From IMG/VR virus record IMGVR_UViG_3300034418_007243, positions 1 through 64,000 of that record: a DNA stretch of 64,000 nt, one strand, 5' to 3'. This document shows positions 47,901-58,100 of the stretch, one piece after another; positions within the stretch are counted from its first letter, which is position 1; every line of letters begins with the position of its first letter. The DNA comes from a virus. The notes under the pieces were generated by a model. The model had not been told where the DNA came from. It searched no databases and saw only the letters and a program-made list of their open reading frames with translations. The position numbers and the translations under genes were made by a program.

Positions 47901-49053
47901 TGAAGTAGTAGAAGATATAGTAAAACCATTTGATTCAGAAAACATGTTAACACCTTTAGAAGGAACAAATGATTATGAAAAAGCAAGAATAAATGAAATA
48001 AATAATCATGTTGAAACATTTATGAAAGCAGGCTATCCTCAAGATGATGTTAATAAAGCAGCACAAATTGTTATAGGAGGAGTGCTTGAAAGAGAAGCAA
48101 AAAGAGGAAGTTCCGCTACTCTAGGAGGAAGTGAAGGGATTCCTATACCTGGAACAAGTATAAGAATACCATTAACAGGAACTGTAGAAAATCCTGTACG
48201 AGCTGGTAGTAACTATGGTAAAAAATATGAAGGTCAAACTGCTTTAGAATTTAAAGAAGGTTTAGCAGATATTGCAAAAGATGTAGGATTAAAAAGAAGT
48301 GAAGTTAGTAGAGGTATTTATCAAATGAAACCTGAAATGAATTTTGGAGGGTTAGAAAAAGAATTAAATGAAATAGGATTATCTAAAGATCAAATATTTG
48401 ATAGTGAAGAAAATCAAACTAAAGCTGCTACATTGTTAATGTTAAAAAGATATAAAGCATTAAAAGCTGATCCTGATTATTATAGAGAAACAGACGAAGT
48501 TAAAATTAAAGGAGAAGATGGACAAGAATGGTTTTATCCTGCATCATATATTTTAGCTGGAGGGTGGAGTGCTGGACCTAATTGGTGGAAAAAAGATAGT
48601 TATAGAAAAATATTAACTTCAGATAAAGGTAGAGATTATTCTAATTTAGCAATGAGAAATATGGCTAATGTTATTCAAACACAAAAAGGTAATAACTACG
48701 GAAAGCAAGCTGAAGAACAAATTTATAATCGCAAACAAGAAAAAGCTGCTAAATATTTAAAAGAAAAAACAATAAATAGAATGGCTGCTGAAGGTTATGA
48801 TAAAGATAAAATAACAGATGCTACTATTAAAGAGTATGAACAACAAAAATATAATGAAGCTGTTGCAGCACAAGAACAAGCTGTAAAAGATTTTGCATAT
48901 ACTATTGATACGCCACCTGCTGAATCTACAGATACTAATATTTTTATGGATCCTAACATTATTATACCAAGTGACTTGTATTCAGATTTTGTATATGGTG
49001 CTTATGACTTACCTGAAGTAACAGTAACTGCAAAAAGAATTAAAAATAGATAA
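44920..49053 (+). CDS. Multi-domain virion cargo protein with peptidoglycan hydrolase domains
   Basis: Beta-barrel-like N-domain, two NlpC/P60-like C..GD..H segments, PG-binding repeat (GVDGDLGPKT), lysozyme-like C-domain (GIYQMK). Confidence 0.7.
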   Translation: MDKLLFYTLNNRGLPQGPNYERTSMLGKLTMFNNGGPVSGRPYLSVMPGMTGGIDLQAGTDFNIKDRVFGDINISNPIVAPNMQSGEYSFAPLNPNVSGRVAIPLQDMDIVGSFDTDFNQARLNASASMGFPKGDISGNIGTDLKNVYGGVDINYRPIDPLSLNYSLNADPSGVYHDIGASYNVNDNVNLYGNVSLTPQEPPAYRVGLRANFEHGGTHVDPPFKTPLSKDEEFVFQNWRKSLPENLQTDNDLYDLRGAWKAGLSPERIQNEWHMLGVNPETGMYLKSPNHPTYLKSIEGDIRAGFTPYVDAKTGRVYSNKLVYTDGGDVIDPGDGWQYLKEGNDYLTRKKGSAEWIKTTGKAKKAIQDKIYKETDSIKSDEIVSAPNNKQTDFSIDYDTLPAIKQIEASTSRVERPPMPNIVNPNVNQKQFVDKAEEFHKQGKIVDREPVSFMRNLLPYPCYDYTCMEFVKDVDKATGRHSIPSTINTNKDFYKAADKLGYKRLHPDSTAQPGDIISFYRPELKTEEFPEGTPYHAGVMINDSTYIDTGGGEKYLPIGYPVRKGPLEKNPYYTYRWSPKEPIMGAISGLIQKTDGGDVVDVGDGYEYLKEGDNYLTRKKGNTDWITAKGDARKAIQTRIFPELLGNPLPQEQQISIQNINRPENFIQPNVNKETIAIQQKLFDAGYDLGTTGPLGNGVDGDLGPKTQAAIDAYNKGINAQDFKSQDLKMQNEIINQEYKEKPQTANYVTNIQNYLIGKGYEIDKSGVMDTKTKNALKDYETSGKFATLPIFPSNPERREEICRTSGEGYGCSKQATLKSMNLFSDMPNSDKKYLWANDAWFNKDAVIKNGGTLLYETEARGKNIPDLPKEVYGLLQVGDYVHLDRRDTDSSRRYAKKTEDKAGNKWENEKIEHMGLIIGKDTDGTPLIWHASETGKAYIKRVDEPITLDDHKGLGAYRIASIARSGKMTDEYQKAVAQNPYFSEDWKSPYEKPGEVVEDIVKPFDSENMLTPLEGTNDYEKARINEINNHVETFMKAGYPQDDVNKAAQIVIGGVLEREAKRGSSATLGGSEGIPIPGTSIRIPLTGTVENPVRAGSNYGKKYEGQTALEFKEGLADIAKDVGLKRSEVSRGIYQMKPEMNFGGLEKELNEIGLSKDQIFDSEENQTKAATLLMLKRYKALKADPDYYRETDEVKIKGEDGQEWFYPASYILAGGWSAGPNWWKKDSYRKILTSDKGRDYSNLAMRNMANVIQTQKGNNYGKQAEEQIYNRKQEKAAKYLKEKTINRMAAEGYDKDKITDATIKEYEQQKYNEAVAAQEQAVKDFAYTIDTPPAESTDTNIFMDPNIIIPSDLYSDFVYGAYDLPEVTVTAKRIKNR
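45892..46839 (+). repeat. Internal ~47-aa duplication (45892-46032 and 46699-46839)
   Basis: DGGDVIDPGDGWQYLKEGNDYLTRKKG vs DGGDVVDVGDGYEYLKEGDNYLTRKKG. Confidence 0.85.
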
Positions 49054-49067
49054 TAATTTCGTATATT

Positions 49068-52000
49068 ATGTATAGAATGTATAAAGAAGATGATGGTTGT
49101 TGGGAATGTCAACAAAATAAGTTTAAAAAAGGAGGAGCTAAAGGTTCTGACAAAAAATGGATACAGAAAGCTGTTAAAGGTATGCGTAAAGATAAACCTT
49201 GTACAGGCTCTAAGTTTGGAGGTCCTTCTTGCCCACCTGGTACTAAACGATATAACTTAGCTAAAGTATTTAGAGAAATGGCTGCTAAAAAGAAAAAAGA
49301 AATGGGAGGTCAATCAGCTCCTATGAACATGGCTCAAAACATTGGTCAAGATAATATTAATTATTTTACATCAACACTTAAAGATAATGCATCTCAAGTA
49401 ATGCAAGATCAAATGTTAAATCAGGTAGCTCAACAAGAAATGATGATGCCTTATTTTAACAATGGTGGTCCTAATAATATTTTTGGATATAGTAAAAAAA
49501 GTACTGATCCTAATGCTATATATTATCAAAATGCTCTTAGAGAAAATCAAGCTAATAAATTTGATTTTGGTAATTATTTATTTGATGCTGCAAGTCAGTT
49601 ACAAAAAGATATAGACTGGGCTAATACTTATAATAAAATGTACGGTCCAGAATTAAAACAAAAACAGACTAGTAAATTAAGTAAAGAATTTAGAAGAGAT
49701 TTAAGAAGTGATAATGAAGAAATATCAGATTGGGCAAAAACATGGCGGAAAGAACAATGGAGGCCAACTGTAAGAAAAAATAGAAAAGCACAAGCTAAAA
49801 TATTTTGGGATAAGCTTAATCCTTTTACTCCTAACCCTGAAATTCCTCAAGTAAATACTAATACTCAAGTACAACAAAATCAATACGGTGGAACAATAAA
49901 TTATAATGATATGAATTTTAATGGATACTACGGCATGCCTATGTATAATCAAGGTGGCATGAAAAACTATGTTTATCAAGGACAAGATACAGGTATGACT
50001 GCAGAAGAGTTTTATCAGTATCAATTAGAAACAGAAGGCCCATTTATCTTACCTGATGGTACAGACACAGGTATGTCAAAAGCTGAGTTTATGGATATGC
50101 AATCTCAACAAATGCCTGAGATGCAACAGATGGATGATGGGGGTTCTAAAAAACAATCTTTTTCAGAATATTATGCTAATAAACCAAATTTAAGTCAAAG
50201 ATTTAATAAATTATGGGGTTCCTCAAATTCTCCAAATTTTGAATTTTCTTTAGATACTGATGGTGATGGAATGGTTAGTCAAGAAGAATTAAGAGCAGCA
50301 ACAGGTAACTATAAATATAACACAGGTGATCCTTTTGGTTACAGTTTTTTAAAAAATTATTTTTTTCCACCAGCAACTAACGGTTTATATAGACCACAAA
50401 GTTCTCAACAAGCAGCAACTTCTACATCAAGTAGTGACTATCCTCTTATTGATGGAAAAGAAATGACAGAATCACAAAAAAAGAATCATGATCGCATGAT
50501 TGCAGGAGGATTTGAATTTGATCCCGCTACAGGTAGTTATCAACAAACTTCTCCAAAAAAACAAACACAAACTAAAAACACTAAGCAAAAAAATACTACA
50601 AACACTCAAACGGAAGAGGTAGATGAAAATGTAGCTTCAGTAGAAAATACAGCAGAATTATTAGAAAATAATACAACAGGAACTTCTGATGGAGCTGCAG
50701 GAGTAGATGCTGGAGCATCTGATGGAGCTGTAAGCTCAGATGCTGGAGCAAGTGATGCAGTAGTAGCAGATAACGCAACGGGAACTAATAATAATATAAC
50801 TCCAGTTTATGCTCCGTCACCTCAAATAGGATATGCGGGTGTTCCTGTTTTGCAAGGCCAGTTTATTATGCCTGGTCGTACAACAAGAAATAGTTATGTT
50901 CCTGGTGGTTATGGTTTAGCTCCTATAGCTTATAATGCTGCTGGAACTTATTTAGATGAGTATAATAGTGTATCAAGAGCAGGTGGATTAAGAGGTTTTT
51001 TCAAAGGCAGGGAGAATGAATATAATCTGAAGTTTAAACATAACATGCTTACTGATGATCAAAAAAATCAACTGTTTCAAATAGAGATGCGTAGAAGAGG
51101 TTATAATCCAGATGGTACATCTATAAGTGGAGGAACAGGAAGTAGTGCAGATGCTGAAAAAGCTGCAACTGATGCAGCTGCTGTAGTAGACCAAGTAAGC
51201 AAAGATGAAGCTAAAAAAGCTGTAGCAGAAAGAACTGCTCAAGGACTACCTCCAAATACAAACCCTACAAGCAAGCTAGGTCAAGAACCTAACTTCCCTA
51301 TAGATTTATCTATGATGAATCAAGAAGCTGCAAATACTGTAGATGAATTAGTACAAGAGCAAAATAATCCTAACACTACAGGAAATAATAGAAATGTTAT
51401 TACAGGACAATCAAATACTAATAAATTAAGTGTAGGAATGCAAAAAGCAGATCCTACAGGAATGGGTACGCCTCCAGCAGATTATCAACCTGTACCAACA
51501 TATTCTACAACTCCTATAAAAACTTTAACTCCAGAACCATTAGTTTCTGCAACACCTGAAACTCCTATAACAGAAAGCGAATTAGATATTGATTATTCTA
51601 AGATTCCTATAGATGAATCACCTACTGTTACAGGTAATAAACCTACACCTGAAGAAGAAGATGCAAGAGTTCAGGAACAAATTAATATGGCTGAAAATAA
51701 AGGTTTTTATGGCGGTGGTACTGTAAGAAGAAAATCTTATATGAATGGAGGTAATGTTCAATTGCAAGCATTACATAATGAAATGCAAGCTTTAACTGCT
51801 AGACAAAATGAAATTAGAAATTTGATTAATAATCAAATGTTTAATTCAGGTCAGTCACAATTACCTACACAAATGCAACAACCTATGCCTATGCAGCAAC
51901 CTATGCAGCAACCTGTAGCTAGATTTGGTTATCAAGTTAAAAACGGTAACTTAATGAATAGTTATGCTAAAGGAGGAAGTTTTAATAATCCTGGTTTTAT

Positions 52001-52193
52001 GTCTTTACCTGATTCTGTTCAACAAAAAATTATGACAGCTAGCCAAAATAAAATGGCAATGGGTGGAGCTTATGATTATTATGGTGGTGGCGGAAGTCAC
52101 ATGGATTATAATGAAGGTGGAGAATACTATCTATCAGATGATGAGATTCAAGCTTTCTTAGAAGCAGGCGGTCAATTAGAAATAATGGAATAA
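49068..52193 (+). CDS. Low-complexity virion cargo protein
   Basis: Q/M/N/T-rich with about 12 xxxGG motifs; start may be the ATG at 49077. Confidence 0.7.
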   Translation: MYRMYKEDDGCWECQQNKFKKGGAKGSDKKWIQKAVKGMRKDKPCTGSKFGGPSCPPGTKRYNLAKVFREMAAKKKKEMGGQSAPMNMAQNIGQDNINYFTSTLKDNASQVMQDQMLNQVAQQEMMMPYFNNGGPNNIFGYSKKSTDPNAIYYQNALRENQANKFDFGNYLFDAASQLQKDIDWANTYNKMYGPELKQKQTSKLSKEFRRDLRSDNEEISDWAKTWRKEQWRPTVRKNRKAQAKIFWDKLNPFTPNPEIPQVNTNTQVQQNQYGGTINYNDMNFNGYYGMPMYNQGGMKNYVYQGQDTGMTAEEFYQYQLETEGPFILPDGTDTGMSKAEFMDMQSQQMPEMQQMDDGGSKKQSFSEYYANKPNLSQRFNKLWGSSNSPNFEFSLDTDGDGMVSQEELRAATGNYKYNTGDPFGYSFLKNYFFPPATNGLYRPQSSQQAATSTSSSDYPLIDGKEMTESQKKNHDRMIAGGFEFDPATGSYQQTSPKKQTQTKNTKQKNTTNTQTEEVDENVASVENTAELLENNTTGTSDGAAGVDAGASDGAVSSDAGASDAVVADNATGTNNNITPVYAPSPQIGYAGVPVLQGQFIMPGRTTRNSYVPGGYGLAPIAYNAAGTYLDEYNSVSRAGGLRGFFKGRENEYNLKFKHNMLTDDQKNQLFQIEMRRRGYNPDGTSISGGTGSSADAEKAATDAAAVVDQVSKDEAKKAVAERTAQGLPPNTNPTSKLGQEPNFPIDLSMMNQEAANTVDELVQEQNNPNTTGNNRNVITGQSNTNKLSVGMQKADPTGMGTPPADYQPVPTYSTTPIKTLTPEPLVSATPETPITESELDIDYSKIPIDESPTVTGNKPTPEEEDARVQEQINMAENKGFYGGGTVRRKSYMNGGNVQLQALHNEMQALTARQNEIRNLINNQMFNSGQSQLPTQMQQPMPMQQPMQQPVARFGYQVKNGNLMNSYAKGGSFNNPGFMSLPDSVQQKIMTASQNKMAMGGAYDYYGGGGSHMDYNEGGEYYLSDDEIQAFLEAGGQLEIME

Positions 52194-52203
52194 AACATTA
52201 ATA

Positions 52204-55095
52204 ATGAAAAGAGTTAAAATAACTAAAAATTTACCTACAGCTAAATACGGAACTGAATTAAAAAATCAAGTTCCTTATATAGATAATACAGCTGCACCTA
52301 ACCTAGGTATAGGAGATGTAGGAAGTAACCCCAGAATCTCCGTAAACAAAACATTAAAATCTGTACCTAGAGAAAAAGCTAATTTAGAAGCAGAAGTAGG
52401 TGAGACAGCTGTAACTGATCTTAATAGTGATGGTTTACCAGAATTTTATAAGATTGGAGGACAGAAACATTCTAAGGGTGGAACTCCTCTTAATCTACCA
52501 AATAACTCTTTTATCTTTTCTAACTCTAAAGAACTAGCTATAAAAGATCCAAAGTTATTAATGCAGTTTGGAAAATCTGTTTCTAAAAAAAATAAGAAAG
52601 GATTTACACCAGCTCAACTTTCTAAAGCTTATGATATAAATAATTATAGGCAAGTACTTGCAGATCCTGATTCAGATATGAAACAAATAGAAACTGCAGA
52701 AATGATGATTAAAAACTACATGGATAAGTTAGGAGCATTAGCTTTAGTACAAGAGTCTATGAAAGGTTTTGAAAATGGTATTCCTAATATATCATTACCA
52801 TACTTACAAAAAATAGGTATATCTAGTGAAGATATACTTCCTCCACCACCTCAACAATCTATGCCTCCACAACAAATGCCACAGCAAATGCCAAAGGCTA
52901 CCAATGGTTTAGAAGTTTTTAATGATTTTTATAATTCAGATTCTTCTGATAAAGAATATCTTAACTCTTTTAATAATGGAACAGGTGATTGGGTTGACAC
53001 AGATATATCAGTTAAAGAAAAAACAAAAGGTGCTTTTAATCCGGCAGCTGCAGCTAAGTTTGCAATGGATGGGATTTATGGAGGAATAATGGATTGGGAA
53101 GCAGGTAAACAAAAAGCTAAGAATGAAGAAAGACTTGCAAAAGGAACTGTAACAGCTGGCTTTAATCCTGTTGGTGCTGAGAGTGGAAAATGGGGACCAA
53201 ATACTAGAATGTATGATGCTAAAGATCAAGAGTATCCTGTTCAGTTTGATATATATACAGGTGATGATTCTTTTGTAAAATACGGTGGTCCTATAAAAGC
53301 TAAGTATGGTACAGAAGTAAAAACACCTAAATATGAGCATGGAGGTCCTCATACAGAAACAGTACCAGAAACTTCTACTAAACCTACTAAAACACAAAAT
53401 TTACCTGATGATGCTGTAGTATATGATGTTACAGATCCTAATTATGATCCTGGTAAAGTTAAAGAAGGTAACTACATTAAAAGAGATGGTAAACTTTATA
53501 AAGTAGGTAAAAGAGTTTATCCTGAATATAAAGGGCCTAGTGTAGATAAATTAGACCAAAGACTAAAAGGAGAATATGGTGACCGTAGAGAAGATTACGG
53601 AAGACTTGTTTATAAGTTTAATACAGATGAAGATCTAAGAAAAGCTTTTATTAAAAACTTTGATGAAGAAGTAGCTGGTTTACGCCCTGGAAAAAATTAT
53701 ACACAAGGACACATAGATAAACTCAAAAGTTTAGATGATCAACAAAAGATTGATTATTTTCTAAATGGTCAGAAACATAACATGATGATTTCTGCACAAA
53801 TGGGAGATGTAGCCAATGTTACAAATGTAGGTCAATGGGATAGAGGTAAAAAGAATGCTCAAGGTATACCTGTAAACTATGCAGCTGCTGTAAAACAAGT
53901 TGGTTTAGAACCTTTAACTGTTGATCAAACTTTAGGTTTGCAAGCAGGATATATTGGTGTGCAAAAAATGGAGAATGATCCTGAACTTAAAAAGAAACTA
54001 AAAAACTTTAATATATTTCAAAGTGGTGTAGGAGATGAAGGAGCTGCAGGTAAAAAAACAATATCTGAAGCAGATGGATGGCAAGGTAATACTACATCAG
54101 GAGAAATGCTTAGATGGAAGCCTACTGATTTTACTTTTGAAGAAGAAGAAGTAGAATGGACAGAAGAAGCTAAAAAAGAAGAAGAACCAGAAAAAGAAAC
54201 TAAAGGTGTAGAAGATAAATCAAGATCTACTTACACACCCTATTGGACTCAAGATTTACGTAATGTTAGTGGAGCTTTATATGACTTAGCTTCTGTTAAG
54301 AAATATGATCCTTGGCAAGCAATGCCTCAAATGTCTTTAGCAACTCCAAATTTTGCTGACTTTAGAGGAGCTGCTTCTAGATTAGGTTCTATGGCGCAAT
54401 CTGGCGCACAACAATTATCTAGTTTTGGAACACCTCAAGCTTTTGGAGCAGGTTTTGCAAACATCCAAAGAAATATAGCACAAAATATAGGTCAACTTCA
54501 AGATCAAGAATATAAAACAAATGTTGCTACAGCTAATCAATTTGAGATGTCTAACACAGCTCTTAAAAATCAGTTTTCACAATTAGCTGCAAAAGCAAGA
54601 ACGGATCTTTATGATAAGCAAATGATAGCTAACCAGCAATATGATAATGCTAGAAGAGCTTTGCGTTGGAACATGATTAATGCTATGAATCAAGCAGATA
54701 CTAACAGAGGTTTAACGCAAACAGCAAATACATTAACACCAAATCAATATCTTGATCCTACAACAGGTTTTACAACTTTTAGAGATGATGGTAGACAATT
54801 TTTACCAACTACAAAAACTCCATCAGTACAAGAGCAAGTATTAAAAAATGCACAAACATACATGAGAGATAACCCAGGTATGGATTGGGCAACAGCTACT
54901 AAAATTGCGTCTACAGGAATAAATAAAAATACTACTTCTACAACTGCAAATAATGAAAGTACACTTCAAGGTTATCCGGGTTATCCGTTAAATTCTAATA
55001 GGAGAAAAAGACAACAACCTGCCTATAGTCGCTTTATGCATGGGGGTTCTAATTCAAAGAAAAAGTGTAGAGTTTTAAGATTACCAAACAAATAA
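52204..55095 (+). CDS. Virion cargo or ejection protein
   Basis: AN.EAE.GE...G..HS.GG.P N-domain and A/N/Q-rich helical C-region. Confidence 0.7.
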   Translation: MKRVKITKNLPTAKYGTELKNQVPYIDNTAAPNLGIGDVGSNPRISVNKTLKSVPREKANLEAEVGETAVTDLNSDGLPEFYKIGGQKHSKGGTPLNLPNNSFIFSNSKELAIKDPKLLMQFGKSVSKKNKKGFTPAQLSKAYDINNYRQVLADPDSDMKQIETAEMMIKNYMDKLGALALVQESMKGFENGIPNISLPYLQKIGISSEDILPPPPQQSMPPQQMPQQMPKATNGLEVFNDFYNSDSSDKEYLNSFNNGTGDWVDTDISVKEKTKGAFNPAAAAKFAMDGIYGGIMDWEAGKQKAKNEERLAKGTVTAGFNPVGAESGKWGPNTRMYDAKDQEYPVQFDIYTGDDSFVKYGGPIKAKYGTEVKTPKYEHGGPHTETVPETSTKPTKTQNLPDDAVVYDVTDPNYDPGKVKEGNYIKRDGKLYKVGKRVYPEYKGPSVDKLDQRLKGEYGDRREDYGRLVYKFNTDEDLRKAFIKNFDEEVAGLRPGKNYTQGHIDKLKSLDDQQKIDYFLNGQKHNMMISAQMGDVANVTNVGQWDRGKKNAQGIPVNYAAAVKQVGLEPLTVDQTLGLQAGYIGVQKMENDPELKKKLKNFNIFQSGVGDEGAAGKKTISEADGWQGNTTSGEMLRWKPTDFTFEEEEVEWTEEAKKEEEPEKETKGVEDKSRSTYTPYWTQDLRNVSGALYDLASVKKYDPWQAMPQMSLATPNFADFRGAASRLGSMAQSGAQQLSSFGTPQAFGAGFANIQRNIAQNIGQLQDQEYKTNVATANQFEMSNTALKNQFSQLAAKARTDLYDKQMIANQQYDNARRALRWNMINAMNQADTNRGLTQTANTLTPNQYLDPTTGFTTFRDDGRQFLPTTKTPSVQEQVLKNAQTYMRDNPGMDWATATKIASTGINKNTTSTTANNESTLQGYPGYPLNSNRRKRQQPAYSRFMHGGSNSKKKCRVLRLPNK

Positions 55096-55147
55096 ATATA
55101 TGAGGTTTGGTAAACTTATATTATTTTTGAATAATAAGATATAAGAT

Positions 55148-58100
55148 ATGGCAACGTATATAAACGGAGTAACAGATTACATACCACAAATACAACCATT
55201 TAGACCTGATTTTAATTTTTATACTCAGGCTATGCGTTTTAAGCAAAGCAAACACGATGCTGCAAGAAGACAATTAAGTGATCTTTACGGTTCTTTGCTT
55301 AATGCTCCAATGACTAGAGAAGATAATATAGCTGCTAGAGATAAATTCTTTAAAACAATTAAAGAAGATATTAATAAGCTTTCAGGTATGGATTTATCAT
55401 TAGAAGCTAATGTTCAACAAGGACAAATGTTATTTAATCAGCTTACTGATAATACTAACATTGTTAAAGATATGGTTTGGACAAAACATTTTCAAAATCA
55501 AATGGCTAAAGGAAAAGCTCTTAAAGATTGTGCAGATCCTGAGAAATGTGGTGGTTCTTGGTGGGAAGGTGGTGATAGCTATATGGCATATAAAATGCAA
55601 GAGTTTAAAAATGCTTCTGCAGAAGATGCTATGAAAATGGGTATGGTTGATTATGTATCACAGCAAGATGTTATGGGTAAAGCTATGAAGCTTGCTAAAG
55701 ATGCTGGTTTAAGTATAACAATGGATCAATTACAAGGAGGTTATATAACAACTACTAAAAATGGTCCATTACTTCAAGGCCCTCTGTCTAATTTATTTAC
55801 AGGTACTTTAGCAAAAGATGGTAAAATACTAGAGTATTATAAAGCTAAAGCTTATGTAGATAGAAAAAACTTTGGTATGGCTAATGCTGATAAGTATGGT
55901 TCAGTTGAAGCTGCAGAGTCTTTTTATATACAGCAGAATGCTGACATGTTAGAAAAGCTTTACAATACTCAAACTCAGACTACTAAAGATGATGCTGCTA
56001 CAAATAAAAAAATCAAAGAAGAAGTTCTTAATGATGTAAATAAAAATGGAGCTAATCCTAAAAGTACAGTTTGGTCTGAGTTAGAACAAATGGATCTTGA
56101 AGAAAAAGGTTATGAATCTTCTTCTAAAGTATACGAAAACGCAGGTAATGAAACTGCTTTAGCAAAAAGAAACCTATCAGGTAGAGCACTTGATGGTGCA
56201 ATGGCTGCTTATTACTTAGGTAATGATATAAATAAAGCTGCACAAACTCTAGCAATGAAAGACTATGAGTTTAAAATGGAAGCAGATAAATATTCTTTGG
56301 AAGCCGTACAACAAAGAAACAGACTTTTACTAGAAGATGTTAAGCAAAAAAATAGGCTTGACATGGAGAAGTTCAAGTTTGATAATGAAAGATATCTTAA
56401 GCAAATGGAGCTTATGGGTCCTGCAGCTCTTAATACACCTTCGGAAACTATTGTAAATGGTTCTACTACAGGAAGTTTAACTTGGAATGAAGATGGTTAC
56501 ATGGGTTATGATAAGCTAGAAGCAGGAGCTAATCAATTTTCTGAAGATTATCAAAAGATGCAAAATGATTTAAGTGCTCCTGAAAAAGGAATTCTTTCTA
56601 TGGCGTATAAAGCTACAGAAAGTGCAGCATCTTTAGGTAATACTCAAGCTAAGTCAGATTATGTTGCAATGACAATGGATTACTTAGCAGCTCAAGGAGC
56701 AGCTGATCCGCAATCAGGCTTGGATATTAAATCTGTAGGAGTTGATCAAGAAAGTCAAGATCCTTCCAGAGAAATGGTTAGTGCTAGAAGACAAGAGTTT
56801 AATAATACTTTAGCAAAAATACAATCTGCAAAAAGCTTAGATGAAAAATTTGCTATAGCTAAAAAAGCTGGTGTAGATATAAATTCTTTATCTGGTTTTG
56901 ATGCAGATCAAATGTATATGAATACTGTTGAAAAATTTTCTGCAGATAATGCTCAAGGTGAAAATATAAGAAGACCTTATATGCGTCAAGTAAACCAAAT
57001 GGCTATTGCTAATAAAGAAAACATTAAAGCTAAGAGAGAATACTTAGCTAAGATGGATTCTGCATATGCTAATTTAGCCCTTGGTGTTATCAATAAAGTT
57101 AAAGCTGGTAAAGGTGGTTATAGCCAAGAAATGATTGATGCTATGGAAGCTTATATAGATACTGAAACTGGACATGCAAAAAGTTATGAAGAGTTTGAGA
57201 AAGCTTACATGGCTAAAGGTTATACTAGAGAACAAGCTCAGGCTATTTATAGACAAGATGAAGAGTATGATTACAGCACTTCAGGAGCTGGTAGTTATGC
57301 TAAATCTATAGGTAGAAATATTTATGAAGCAGCTGAAGGCGCTGCTATACCGGCTGCTGCAGGATGGCTTTCAGGAACAGCTGCCGCTGCTGTTTCTGCA
57401 GCTGGTGGTACTGCTGCTGCAACAGGACCTTTTGGTTGGGGTGCTGCTGCAGTTGCTTTTTTAGCTGCTAATGGTTTATATAATTTATGGGAAGCTACAC
57501 TAGGTGATGGTGACTATGGTTTAATAGGATTTGATTTTAAAGGTCCTGGATATTATGAAGGCAATAGAGGAGGTTATGGAGCAACACCTGAGACAGGTGG
57601 TGTAGGTAAAGGTAATCCTGGTTTATTAGATGCTTGGAAAAGAGCTTTTTCAGCACAAGCTGATCCTCCAGGAGATTATGGTTGGATGAATATACATGGT
57701 TTAGGCCAAAGATCTACTAAAGCAATTAACTATCAAATTGTAGATCCTAAATATACAGGAGCTGCTTCTACTATAGGAACATTAGGTATGATGAAAGATG
57801 TTTTAAGATCTACTAATGCTAAAGTAACTATGGGTGGCTTTGGTCAAGAAATACCTGAAGAAGTAGATGCTGAAGCTTTAAAAATACTTGGTATAGCAAT
57901 GACAGATATGTCAACTAATACAAAAGGAGCTAGTAGACTAACTCCTAATGTTACATATAGTCATATAGCTGGAGGAAATGATGATTGGGTAGCAATGAAT
58001 ATAAAGTTTAATGATGCTTTCTCAAATAGATTTAAAGGTAATGAAGATAATCCTGGTCCAACAAGAGGTTTACAAAATCAACTTAGAGATGAAGGTATAA

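Larger units (their letters stand above)
7162..55124. promoter_or_regulatory. Dispersed late-region promoter motif (G/T)TATATT(A/T)
   Basis: Intergenic copies at about 7168, 7815, 11107, 19760, 25172, 30474, 35773, 49061 and 55116 (+), and 3986, 7090 (-); four have TTG 19-21 nt upstream. Confidence 0.55.

Noticed and set aside
50254-50290. EF-hand-like DTDGDGMVSQEE in the 49068 protein
   Set aside because: Single unpaired loop in a low-complexity region; not enough to call calcium binding
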